From the NCBI GenBank assembly GCA_019752045.1, contig JAIEMP010000008.1, positions 72,676 to 136,675 on the forward strand: DNA of 64,000 nt, given 5' to 3'. Position numbers and translations under genes: made by a program. The number at the start of each line of letters is the position of its first letter. Position 1 is the first letter of the stretch. Source of the DNA: Chitinophagaceae bacterium. Its GTDB lineage: Bacteria; Bacteroidota; Bacteroidia; Chitinophagales; Chitinophagaceae. Below are positions 17,031 to 26,215 of this stretch, in pieces. The notes below the pieces were generated by a model. It was not told the DNA's origin and made no database searches. It saw nothing but the letters and a program-made list of their open reading frames with translations.

Positions 17031-17483
17031 TTATGAAATCTGGATTCGGCGTACCGGCTTTTGTTTGGCTTCTTCTTTTTTAGGAATCAGCAGGTGCAGC
17101 AATCCGTTTTCATACTTTGCCACAATCTTATCTATATCCATCACTTCTTTCTGCAATGTAAATGTTCTTTGAAAAGACTGATAGCTGAATTCTTTACGGG
17201 AGTATCGTTCGTTTTCGTTGTCTTCTTTTTGATCACTTCTTTCTGAGCTGATCAACAAAGTGTTTCCGTTTAACTCAACTTTAAAATCGTTCTTGGTCAT
17301 ACCCGGAGCGGCTACCTCCACTTCATAATTTTCAGGAGTTTCTTTAATGTTTACCGCAGGGATAGTGGTATCTGTATCGGAAAAATTAGATGTTTTCCAG
17401 TTAAACAGATCCCTGTTAAAGAAATCATCAAAAAGCATTGGTAAGGGATTCAGGATGTTTCCATTTCTTTTTACCAGTGTCAT
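17031..17483 (-). CDS. Hsp20/alpha-crystallin small heat-shock protein
   Basis: PAVNIKET, AAPG, EFSYQSFQRTF, AKYENGLL motifs. Confidence 0.95.
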   Translation of the reverse strand: MTLVKRNGNILNPLPMLFDDFFNRDLFNWKTSNFSDTDTTIPAVNIKETPENYEVEVAAPGMTKNDFKVELNGNTLLISSERSDQKEDNENERYSRKEFSYQSFQRTFTLQKEVMDIDKIVAKYENGLLHLLIPKKEEAKQKPVRRIQIS

Positions 17484-17531
17484 AACAACCTCCTTTTAAT
17501 TGGTGAACAATAAAAATTTTACAACAAAAAA

Positions 17532-17546
17532 TCAACTACTGTGCCA
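17532..17546 (-). promoter_or_regulatory. Sigma-54-type -24/-12 promoter of hsp20
   Basis: Minus strand TGGCACAGTAGTTGA versus consensus TGGCACG-N4-TTGC; upstream palindrome ctgaaaa-a-ttttcag at 17591-17605 is a possible activator site. Confidence 0.6.
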
Positions 17547-17693
17547 TAGGAAATTTAGCAGGAAGCAGGATGAAAATTTGTCTCAGGTTGCTGAAAAATT
17601 TTCAGATAAAAGTCAAAATTTCTTATTGATTTTTTCAGGAAGGGGTGGAAATGTGCTCTTCAAAGTCTCCAGACAACCGGTTAGGGTGTTGCC

Positions 17694-18083
17694 TTATCCC
17701 AGCACATTTAATTTGTCTATTCTGTCGAAATGTTTCTTGTTTAACGTAGCAAAAGGTATGTCGTAGAGGAGGGCTGTCGCTGCAATAAACAAGTCGGCAA
17801 TGTCAATCTGTTTCCTTTTCCGTTTTAATTCGTTATTGATGTCAACAGCCACATCAACAGTATTTTCGTCAAAAGGAATGATCGTTATTTTTTGCAGAAC
17901 GCTGTCCCAGAATGTCAGTTGAGAAGGAGTAGCACCGGAGTATATTTCATATTTGGTTATTGCAGAAATCGCAAATTCGTATCCTTGTCGAACAAGTGCA
18001 ATCCAAACAGAATTGGCTTTGTCTGTTTTGCGGTAAAAATCAATAAGAATGGAGCTGTCAATCAATATTAATTTGTCCGCCAT
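17694..18083 (-). CDS. VapC-family PIN-domain toxin
   Basis: LIDSSILIDF, SAITKYEI, DIADLFIAATA, ATLNKKHF. Confidence 0.9.
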   Translation of the reverse strand: MADKLILIDSSILIDFYRKTDKANSVWIALVRQGYEFAISAITKYEIYSGATPSQLTFWDSVLQKITIIPFDENTVDVAVDINNELKRKRKQIDIADLFIAATALLYDIPFATLNKKHFDRIDKLNVLG

Positions 18084-18295
18084 TGATTGATTGCTTTTCT
18101 ATTGTTTTTGATCACTGATAATTGCTTTTGTGTCGCAACGGGGCCTGTTAAAAGAAAGGTTTCTAAATCTGTCTTTGATTTTTTAACCTTTCTTTTCCGA
18201 TCAATTTCCGCTTTGAGCAGCTTGAGCTGTCCAGCGGGCAATGTCTTTACAATTTTGAGTAACTGATCAAATTCTATGTCTACCTGTACTTGCAT
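18068..18295 (-). CDS. Putative antitoxin paired with the PIN toxin
   Basis: 75-aa ORF upstream of and overlapping vapC by 16 nt. Confidence 0.7.
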   Translation of the reverse strand: MQVQVDIEFDQLLKIVKTLPAGQLKLLKAEIDRKRKVKKSKTDLETFLLTGPVATQKQLSVIKNNRKAINQWRTN

Positions 18296-18356
18296 AAGGT
18301 AAATTTAATAAAGTTTTGTCGAACCTCAAACGGTCTCTAAGATGACGCATAATAGC

Positions 18357-18421
18357 GCAAGGTTTCGCTTGTGCTGCAATAATTGCAAATCGTTTTCATG
18401 AAGGTACAAGCGAGACCTTGC
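18357..18421. repeat. Imperfect long hairpin (attC/REP-like)
   Basis: Arms gcaaggtttcgcttgtgc and gtacaagcgagaccttgc pair 16/18, with a 29-nt loop. Confidence 0.7.
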
Positions 18422-18446
18422 ACAGTTGGGGATTATTACAAAAAGC

Positions 18447-18818
18447 TTATGAGTAAAATACAACAACAAGAAGCGGTATGGAAAATGGTAGAGCAAAAGA
18501 AAACCAATAACCCAAGTTGAAAAGTTTTTGTCTAAATCCTTCGTCGTTCTGTCGATTATATAGCCGGTCGAGCAATGGTCCAAGCCCGTAAAAGATGTTA
18601 GCAACTCCAATCATAAATAAATAACCAACTCCTTGAAAAGCGATTGTAAATAAAGTTATTTCAAAATTATCTTTGATAAGCAATGAACCGACTATTGCAT
18701 ACAGTAAAAAAGCCAATAGTCCTGCAATAACAAGTCCTTTATTATACTTGAACCTGCGGTTTGCCCACCATTGTCTATATGTTTGCTGAATTAGTTTTGT
18801 GTCTACTGAGTTTGTCAT
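18447..18818 (-). CDS. Hypothetical membrane protein (3 predicted TM segments)
   Basis: ORF with hydrophobic helices; likely start ATG 18818. Confidence 0.7.
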   Translation of the reverse strand: MTNSVDTKLIQQTYRQWWANRRFKYNKGLVIAGLLAFLLYAIVGSLLIKDNFEITLFTIAFQGVGYLFMIGVANIFYGLGPLLDRLYNRQNDEGFRQKLFNLGYWFSFALPFSIPLLVVVFYS

Positions 18819-18962
18819 TTTTAGTTTCAATATTTTTTTCAAGTCTTGCTAAAAGTATCAGGTGTCTCACTTAAGCATGAGCGCTAACTCATAAATGTAC
18901 TTAACGTCTTGTATAATTTATCCTAGATTTTTCCTCCCAAAACCCACTTCCCCTTAATCAAC

Positions 18963-18970
18963 TACTTTTG
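18963..18970 (+). promoter_or_regulatory. Bacteroidota -7 promoter element
   Basis: TACTTTTG (TAnnTTTG) 18 nt upstream of ATG 18989. Confidence 0.6.
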
Positions 18971-18988
18971 CCCAAAGCAAATCCCTTC

Positions 18989-20659
18989 ATGCGCCTGCTG
19001 CTCACAACACTGAACGCAAAATATATTCACATGAATTTGGCCATACGCATCCTGTATGAGCTGAACAAGCAACAGCCCGGCCTGGCATGGAAGGAATTTA
19101 CCATTCGCCAAAACCCGGATGAGATTGCTGCGGAATGTAAGGATTATAATGTAGTGGCGTTCAGTTGTTATATCTGGAATATTGAGCAAACACTGAAGGT
19201 GGCGGCAAAGATCAAAGCGCTGAACCCTGCTGTAAAAATTTTACTCGGCGGACCGGAGGTAAGTTATGAGTGGGAAGAAATCATTGCACATCACTTTGTT
19301 GATTATATCATTTGCGGTGAAGGTGAAATTCCGTTTCATGAATTTCTTACACATTACCCTGCAACAGAACAGGTTCCCAATCTTGTATATAAAGTGAACG
19401 GCGAAGTTGTGTTTCATGAACGGAACACAACGTACGACATGAGTAATTTCATTGGCGTAAATCCGTACATCAATGATCCGGTTGAAGAACTAAAGAACAA
19501 AGTGAGTTATATTGAAACCAGCAGAGGTTGTCCGTACAAATGCGGATTCTGTTTGGCGAGTTTGGATAACAATGTGCGTTACTTACCCATTGCTGATATC
19601 AAAAAAAATCTTTTGTATTTGATGACCCATGGAAAGGTGATCAAGTTCTTAGACCGCACCTTCAACATCAAACGGGATTTCACGATTGATATTTTTAAAT
19701 TCATCTTAGCGCATCATCGTCCGGGATATGTTTTCCAGTTTGAGATTACTGCCGATATTCTGCATCCGGATATTATCCGCTTCATCAATGAAGAAGTGCC
19801 GAAGGGATTGTTCCGTTTTGAAATTGGTATTCAAACCGTGAATCAAAAAGCAAATCTCGAAGTCAGCCGTAAACAGAGTTTTGAAAAAACAAAAAGTATT
19901 ATTCAACAGGTAAGGGATAAAGTTGATCTGCACCTTGATCTCATTGTTGGTTTGCCGCTTGATTATTTTGAAGACATCAAATATAGTTTTGAAGAAGTGT
20001 TTAAACTCTTTGCACCTGAACTGCAGGTGGGCTTTTTAAAATTTTTGAAAGGCACACCTGTTCGTGCTACAAGTGCAGAGCATGGTTATGTGTACGATGC
20101 TGTTGCTCCATACGAAATTATAGAGAGCCGGTATTTAAATAAAGAAGAACTGGCGCAGATACGCATTGTAGAAGAAGCCCTGGAAATTTACTGGAACAAG
20201 AACCGAGCAAGACATACACTGAAATATGTAACAGCTTATTACAGTGTGTTCGATTTTTTACAGGGGCTGGGTAACTATTTTCAACAGCACAGCAATTTTC
20301 ACAAACACGATTTAAAAGATGTGTACAGTTTGCAGTATGCATTTGCAAAAGAACAATACCCAACAGATGAAGTGTTGCAGCAACTCATCAGCATTGATTA
20401 TTATCTCAACCACAAAATTAAACCCGTTGCGTTATTACTGCCCGAACTGGAAGGCGCTGCCAAACAGCAGCTGATTGAGCAATACAAATTAAATCATCAC
20501 AAGCTTCGTCATGTGATTCTGTCTGTTTCTTTTAACTGGCAGGAATTTGTAGAGCACAATCATATTCTGAAAGATGAGAGACTGTTTGTGCTGGAGTATG
20601 ATGGAAAAGCGTTTCCACGTTTGATTGAAGGTGTTCAATCTGTTTCATATAAAAAATAA
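18989..20659 (+). CDS. B12-binding radical SAM protein with DUF4080-like C-terminus
   Basis: FSCYIWN and LGGPEVSY (B12-binding); ETSRGCPYKCGFC; FEIGIQT; DLIVGLP. Confidence 0.9.
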   Translation: MRLLLTTLNAKYIHMNLAIRILYELNKQQPGLAWKEFTIRQNPDEIAAECKDYNVVAFSCYIWNIEQTLKVAAKIKALNPAVKILLGGPEVSYEWEEIIAHHFVDYIICGEGEIPFHEFLTHYPATEQVPNLVYKVNGEVVFHERNTTYDMSNFIGVNPYINDPVEELKNKVSYIETSRGCPYKCGFCLASLDNNVRYLPIADIKKNLLYLMTHGKVIKFLDRTFNIKRDFTIDIFKFILAHHRPGYVFQFEITADILHPDIIRFINEEVPKGLFRFEIGIQTVNQKANLEVSRKQSFEKTKSIIQQVRDKVDLHLDLIVGLPLDYFEDIKYSFEEVFKLFAPELQVGFLKFLKGTPVRATSAEHGYVYDAVAPYEIIESRYLNKEELAQIRIVEEALEIYWNKNRARHTLKYVTAYYSVFDFLQGLGNYFQQHSNFHKHDLKDVYSLQYAFAKEQYPTDEVLQQLISIDYYLNHKIKPVALLLPELEGAAKQQLIEQYKLNHHKLRHVILSVSFNWQEFVEHNHILKDERLFVLEYDGKAFPRLIEGVQSVSYKK

Positions 20660-20669
20660 AAACGGAATG

Positions 20670-20715
20670 CGGTGTCTGTTCATCCGCCAAAAGGCGGATG
20701 AACAGACAACAAAAA
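20670..20715. repeat. Palindromic repeat copy 1 (downstream of the Fic gene)
   Basis: cggtgtctgttcatccgcc-aaaa-ggcggatgaacagacaacaaaaa. Confidence 0.85.
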
Positions 20716-21501
20716 TTATTGAATGATAACAGACTCCGGCAGCATTTTTAAAAACAACATCGCTTCTTCGTAATTCAGTTGATCATATTCCACGCCAAGC
20801 AGACGAATATGTTTGTAATAAGTTTGATGCAGACTGTAGTAATGTTTTTCTGATTGCACAAACCAGGCTTTTTCTCCCAGTTTTTGTGCAAGGAACCATT
20901 TTTCCAGTAGTCTTCCTGTTCTGCCATTGCCATCTTCAAAGGGATGAATTTTAATAAAAACCAAATGCAGCATAGAAGCAAAAAAGAATATTTCTTCAAA
21001 ACTTAAACGGACTGAAAGCAATGTTTCAATATCTGCATGAAGCTTTTGCATTTCAGTATTTAACTGATCAGGAGCAGCCGCAACGTATTCAATTTTTCCA
21101 TCCTTGGTTACAACAAACATCTTTCCTTTTCTGAAAGCTCCCTGTTGTAGCGGCTGCAAAATATTTTTCGTTAAAAGACCATGAGCCTGCAGTAAGGTTT
21201 GAGCGTTGAGTTTGTTTTGCTGTGCAAACAAATAGGCATCATAGAGATCGTCAATCTTCTTTGTATAATCTGGCTGATAATGTACACCCAGCCTTTTATG
21301 TTTGATAAACGAATCAAGGTCTATCTCTTCACCTTCAATTTTGGATGAAAACACAGCAGAAACAGAAGTATAAAAACTAAAATTTTCAATACTGAGTTCA
21401 CTATCCTGTAATGCTTCAAATCGTTGTTGCAGCAACGGATCAAACTCAATTATGTATTGAGGCAGTAAACTGATTGGTAGTATTTGAAGAGGTTCTGTCA
21501 T
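20716..21501 (-). CDS. Fic-domain protein (class II, intrinsic inhibitory motif)
   Basis: Active-site HPFEDGNGRTGR; N-terminal SSKIEG matches (S/T)xxxE(G/N). Confidence 0.92.
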   Translation of the reverse strand: MTEPLQILPISLLPQYIIEFDPLLQQRFEALQDSELSIENFSFYTSVSAVFSSKIEGEEIDLDSFIKHKRLGVHYQPDYTKKIDDLYDAYLFAQQNKLNAQTLLQAHGLLTKNILQPLQQGAFRKGKMFVVTKDGKIEYVAAAPDQLNTEMQKLHADIETLLSVRLSFEEIFFFASMLHLVFIKIHPFEDGNGRTGRLLEKWFLAQKLGEKAWFVQSEKHYYSLHQTYYKHIRLLGVEYDQLNYEEAMLFLKMLPESVIIQ

Positions 21502-21554
21502 TTACTGAAGCAGAACAAAGATAAAGGAGTATTTGAATGGGGTTCATGTGATTT

Positions 21555-21600
21555 CGGTGTCTGTTCATCCACCATTCGGAGGATGAACAGACAACAAAAA
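21555..21600. repeat. Palindromic repeat copy 2 (upstream of the Fic gene)
   Basis: cggtgtctgttcatcc-accattcgga-ggatgaacagacaacaaaaa, same orientation as copy 1. Confidence 0.85.
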
Positions 21601-21646
21601 ACCCCGACACGAATGCCGGGGCTGGGTTTTCTAATGCTGTTCCAAT

Positions 21647-24600
21647 TTATTCAATCGGCTTATAATCTTTAAATAACTTGATGGGTGTTGCTTCTGCCTG
21701 TGTGCGGTAAGCTTTCCATTTACCATCCATAAATTCATTGATCTTTTTTACTGATTCTTTTACGGCTGTTTCTGCTTCAACCACCAAACGCTCGGTTTGT
21801 GCAGTTGGTGCAGCAATCTTGCGCATAATTTCCATACTTGCATTTTGTAAAATGGTTGTAGTGGTAATATCAGCAAAACGGGTTATACCCTGGCGGTCGG
21901 TTGCAACACGTCCAAAAATACTTTCTCTTATTTTTTTGATTTCTGCTTTTATGGCTGTGCCTGCTTTGCGTAAACTGTCGGCTTCTTTTCCTTCTACACC
22001 ACGCAATGAATTCTCCATTTTTGCAATGGTTTCTTCAGCATCAGCAATACGGTCAACTGCTTCGGTTAACTTATCACTGCTCATTTGCAAACGATCCATC
22101 ATTTTCTTTTTTGCATCGTATACTTCTTTCTTTGTTTCAATACGTGGGTCAGCTTTTACAACAACCATTGCAGAATCGGCTTCCTTTCCCAATGAAACAA
22201 CTACTTTATAAGTGCCGGGGAAAGCATCCATTCCGCCAAATGGTTCAGGTGCGCCCGGTCTTGGTTTGGGTGAGCCGGGACGGCGGTTGCCTTTTGTTTC
22301 AAAACCCCAGTAGAAACGGTTGAAACCGGTATCGGCTTTTATTTTATAGCTTCTGATCTGTTTGTTCTGTTCATCAAAAATTTTCACCCATGCACTGTCG
22401 CTTTTTTGTCTGGATGAATCCTTGCTATCCTTAGCTGAAGCTCCGGCGGGCGGGGCATCTGCAGGTTTTACAAAATATGAAAGCATGGCCCCTCTTCTTC
22501 TGTTTTCACCTTCATACAAACCCCATGTGCTCCACTCATAGCCAAGTGCATTTTTTACAGATGCCTGATATGCAACAGGAGGTTCGAACATGGTTAATTT
22601 TTTCGTTGGTGCAGCGCCGTTAGCTGCAGCAATTGCACGCAGCGGACGGATATCATCCATCACCCAAAGAGCACGACCAAAGGTTGCAATCACTAAATCG
22701 GCTTCTCTTTCCTGAATAGCTAAATCGTAGGTTGATACAGATGGATAACCGTTTTTCCATTGCGAAAAACTTTTGCCGTTATCATAACTGATCCACAGGC
22801 CATGCTCTGTTCCAACAAAAATTAAATTGGGTTGAACAGGATCCTGGATCATACACAACGCATAACCTTTCAATCCTTTGTTGGCCACCATGTTCTCCCA
22901 TGTTTTACCAAAATCTTTTGTGCGGAAAACAGTAATGCTGAAATCGCCACGACGGTAATCGTTGCTCACAACAAATGCTTCACCTTCGTTGTAACGGCTT
23001 GCATGTACTTGTGTAATCCAAGCACCGGTATTCATTCCTGTAATTTTTCCACGGAAGTTGGTCCATGTTTTTCCGCCATCCTGTGTTAACTGCACATTGC
23101 CATCATCGGTACCAACCCAAATGATATTTCTGTTTTTAGCCGATGGCGCAATGGCCATGATGGTATTGAAATTTTCTGCACCGGTAATATCTAAGGTTAA
23201 ACCACCGGTTTCTTCTTTTTGTTCTTCTTTGTTATTGGTGGTAAGGTCTGGTGAAATAATTTCCCAGCTGGTTCCTTTGTTGGTACTCTTGTGCAACACA
23301 TTGCTTCCGTAGTAAACAGTTTTGCTATCGAAGGGATCTAAAGCAATACCACTGTTCCAGTTAAAACGCAGTTTTGTTTTTGCATCGGGTGCAGGTGGCT
23401 TAATAAATTCCTGCTGACCTGTTGTAACATGATAACGACCAACAGAACCTCCCTGGCTCATGGCATAAACCCATTTGCTGTCTTCCGGATCGGGCACCAC
23501 ATCAAAGCCATCACCACCCCAAAGGCTTTCCCAATAATAGTTGCGGATGCCGCCATCAATCCAGGTGTAAGCCGGTCCACGCCAGCTGCCATTATCCTGC
23601 AATCCACCCATTACGTTGTAAGGGATTTCATTATCTGTATTAATATGGTAGAATTGTCCAAACGGCAACTGCTCATCAAAGCGCCAGGTGTAACCACGGT
23701 CTTTGCTGATGCCGATACCACCATCATTGCCTTCAATAATTAAATTTTCGTTGGTTGGGTGAATCCACCATGCATGGTGATCCGGATGAATACCATTGTA
23801 TGGAATAAGTGTAGTAAATGATTTGCCGCCATCTTCACTTATAGTAACAGTAGAGTGAATATCGTAAATACGATTTTCATTTTTCGGATCTACATAAATT
23901 TCGTTGTAGTAAAACGGACGGTCTGTAACCTCTGCAGGATCACTGTTTATCAGCTTCCAGCTAAAACCACCATCTTCACTTTTATAAAAACCATTTTTGG
24001 TGGCTTCCACTTTTGCATACACATTATTTGGACGGGAAGGAGCAAATGCCAAACCGCAGCGACCAATCGGATCAGCAGGCAGTCCATCTTCTTTACTCAG
24101 CTTCTTCCAGTTTTTACCTCCATCAACTGTAATATAAATACCACCGCCGGGACCACCACTGTTAAAGTTGTAGGGCTTGCGTTGGTGTTGCCACATATTG
24201 GCAATGAGTTTATTTGGGTTGGATGGGTCCATAATTAACTCCGCACAACCGCTGGTATCGTTGGTATAAAGTATACGCTCCCATGTTTCGCCGCCGTTGG
24301 TTGTTTTGTACACACCACGATCGGGATGAATACCGTAAGGATTACCAATGGCTGCTGCATAAACGGTGTTAGGATTGGTTGGGTCGATGAGGATACGATG
24401 GATATTTCTTGTTTTTTCAAGTCCCATTCGCTTCCATGTTTTACCGCCGTCGAGTGATTTAAAAATTCCTTCACCCAAATTGAGAGAGTTACGGGGGTTG
24501 CCTTCACCGGTACCTGCCCAAATAACAGAAGGATTGCTTTGCTGAATTTTCAACGAACCGATATTGATGAGAGGCTGTTCATCAAACAAGGGTTTCCAGT

Positions 24601-24817
24601 TGGCACCGCCATTATCGGTTTTCCATACACCACCGCTGGCAGCACCTACAAAAATCACATCAGGGTTAGTGTACAATGCATCAATAGCGGTTACACGTCC
24701 GCTCATACCGGCAGGGCCAATATTGCGGGGTTTTAACTGTTTAAAATGTTCGGGCTTTACTTGTGCTGTTGCCGAAAACGACAACAGGGCCAGTGCGGCC
24801 ATTACAATTAGTCTCAT
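21647..24817 (-). CDS. VPS10/BNR-repeat glycosyl-hydrolase-like secreted protein
   Basis: RNIGPAGMSGRVT, repeated SxDGGxTW BNR boxes, DHHAWWI, GGLQDNGSW; likely start ATG 24817. Confidence 0.88.
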   Translation of the reverse strand: MRLIVMAALALLSFSATAQVKPEHFKQLKPRNIGPAGMSGRVTAIDALYTNPDVIFVGAASGGVWKTDNGGANWKPLFDEQPLINIGSLKIQQSNPSVIWAGTGEGNPRNSLNLGEGIFKSLDGGKTWKRMGLEKTRNIHRILIDPTNPNTVYAAAIGNPYGIHPDRGVYKTTNGGETWERILYTNDTSGCAELIMDPSNPNKLIANMWQHQRKPYNFNSGGPGGGIYITVDGGKNWKKLSKEDGLPADPIGRCGLAFAPSRPNNVYAKVEATKNGFYKSEDGGFSWKLINSDPAEVTDRPFYYNEIYVDPKNENRIYDIHSTVTISEDGGKSFTTLIPYNGIHPDHHAWWIHPTNENLIIEGNDGGIGISKDRGYTWRFDEQLPFGQFYHINTDNEIPYNVMGGLQDNGSWRGPAYTWIDGGIRNYYWESLWGGDGFDVVPDPEDSKWVYAMSQGGSVGRYHVTTGQQEFIKPPAPDAKTKLRFNWNSGIALDPFDSKTVYYGSNVLHKSTNKGTSWEIISPDLTTNNKEEQKEETGGLTLDITGAENFNTIMAIAPSAKNRNIIWVGTDDGNVQLTQDGGKTWTNFRGKITGMNTGAWITQVHASRYNEGEAFVVSNDYRRGDFSITVFRTKDFGKTWENMVANKGLKGYALCMIQDPVQPNLIFVGTEHGLWISYDNGKSFSQWKNGYPSVSTYDLAIQEREADLVIATFGRALWVMDDIRPLRAIAAANGAAPTKKLTMFEPPVAYQASVKNALGYEWSTWGLYEGENRRRGAMLSYFVKPADAPPAGASAKDSKDSSRQKSDSAWVKIFDEQNKQIRSYKIKADTGFNRFYWGFETKGNRRPGSPKPRPGAPEPFGGMDAFPGTYKVVVSLGKEADSAMVVVKADPRIETKKEVYDAKKKMMDRLQMSSDKLTEAVDRIADAEETIAKMENSLRGVEGKEADSLRKAGTAIKAEIKKIRESIFGRVATDRQGITRFADITTTTILQNASMEIMRKIAAPTAQTERLVVEAETAVKESVKKINEFMDGKWKAYRTQAEATPIKLFKDYKPIE

Positions 24818-25017
24818 ATATGCTGGTTTAAGAATGTTGAAATTCTGAAAACAAAGCTGGGCTTCCAAATGTTTTTGATAAGCGGTGCTGAATGTGGAAT
24901 GATTTTGGCTTCTTTCATACACTAACAGTGCTGATACTCAGGGCAACAAAAGTTTAACAACCGTGTATAGGATTTGCAATTAACTTTGTCAATGTTTAAA
25001 CACTAAATCAATTCAAT

Positions 25018-25656
25018 ATGAAACGTTTCTTTTTTTCTATGATGGCGATCGGCGCTGTAACGGTGCTGGTTGCTTTTCTCCCTAAGCAAAACAATCAACC
25101 TGCTGCAATGGAAACAGCAGTACAAACACCTGTAAAGTGGACGGTAGACAAATCGCACACCAACGTAAAGTTTGCTGTAACGCATATGGTGGTTGCAGAA
25201 ACAGAAGGTTCTTTTAAAGTATTTGACGGTACTGTAGAGCACACAAAAGCCGACTGGAGTGATGCGAAAATCAATTTTAGTGTTGATGTTAATTCAATTA
25301 ATACCGATAACGAAAACCGTGATAAGCATTTAAAGAGTGATGATTTCTTTAATGCAGAAAAATTTCCTGTTATCACTTTTGCAGGAACCAAGTTTACTCC
25401 AAAAGGCGGCAACAAATATGAATTAACCGGTAACCTCACTATCCGTGATGTAACAAAGCCCGTTAAGTTTGATGTTACATTTGGCGGTATTGCAACAAGC
25501 ACCCGTGGTGATAAAGCCGGGTTTAAAGCAAAAACAACCATCAACCGTTTTGATTACAATCTGAAATGGGACCGTGCAACAGAAGCTGGTGGACTGGTTG
25601 TAGGCAAAGATGTTGATGTGACCGTTTTGTTAGAGTTGAATAAAGCAAAACAATAA
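25018..25656 (+). CDS. YceI family protein
   Basis: WTVDKSH, RDKHLKSDDFF, GNLTIRDVTKPV, INRFDY. Confidence 0.93.
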   Translation: MKRFFFSMMAIGAVTVLVAFLPKQNNQPAAMETAVQTPVKWTVDKSHTNVKFAVTHMVVAETEGSFKVFDGTVEHTKADWSDAKINFSVDVNSINTDNENRDKHLKSDDFFNAEKFPVITFAGTKFTPKGGNKYELTGNLTIRDVTKPVKFDVTFGGIATSTRGDKAGFKAKTTINRFDYNLKWDRATEAGGLVVGKDVDVTVLLELNKAKQ

Positions 25657-25672
25657 GAAATTTGATGAAGAT

Positions 25673-25699
25673 AAAATGCCCCACCATGTGGGGCATTTT
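25673..25699. terminator. Bidirectional terminator
   Basis: aaaatgcccca...tggggcatttt between convergent genes. Confidence 0.8.
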
Positions 25700-25712
25700 C
25701 ATTTACGCACAT

Positions 25713-26171
25713 TTAATTTATTTCTTCCGCCAGTTTTTTTATTTCAACTAAAATTGGGTTCCACCCCTCGCCATTATTATATGCTTCGTTATAACGCCGT
25801 TCTCCTTCCGCTACTTTTGAATAATCGCCTTGTGTAACAGTTAAAATCGTTTGCCCGTTTTCTTCACTTAATGCATACGTAACGCTGAGATAGTTTTCAG
25901 AAACATCATCAATACTTGAGTTGGGGTCAATGGTGGTATAAACAAGCAATCGGGGCGGATCAATTTCAAGTATAGTTCCTTTTACAAAAACCATTTCTTT
26001 TCCTTCATATTCTCCCTTCCACAATAATTCGCTACCGGGCTTCCAGTCAGAAACCGTTTCGCAGCCAAACATGTATTTTTTTGTTTGTGCAGGATTTACC
26101 AGAGCATCCCATACATCAACCAGCGCTGCATTAATACGGATTGAATTTTTTACAAATAAAACGTTACTCAT
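25713..26171 (-). CDS. SRPBCC (AHA1-like) domain protein
   Basis: VWDAL, SDWKPGS, GWNPIL..IK pattern. Confidence 0.85.
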   Translation of the reverse strand: MSNVLFVKNSIRINAALVDVWDALVNPAQTKKYMFGCETVSDWKPGSELLWKGEYEGKEMVFVKGTILEIDPPRLLVYTTIDPNSSIDDVSENYLSVTYALSEENGQTILTVTQGDYSKVAEGERRYNEAYNNGEGWNPILVEIKKLAEEIN

Positions 26172-26215
26172 ATAGTTGTTATTTTTTCGGCTTGTAAAGT
26201 AAATATTTCTGAAAG

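Noticed and set aside
18357-18421. Calling this a bona fide integron attC
   Set aside because: No integrase, no array, and the R' box is degenerate; kept only as attC-like
18326-18610. 94-aa ORF overlapping the membrane-protein gene
   Set aside because: Alternative frame running through the hairpin; the 18447-18818 frame has coherent TM helices
21647-24817. Polysaccharide utilisation locus around the VPS10/BNR gene or the GH31 gene (36109-38532)
   Set aside because: No susC/susD pair or sensor-regulator adjacent to either gene
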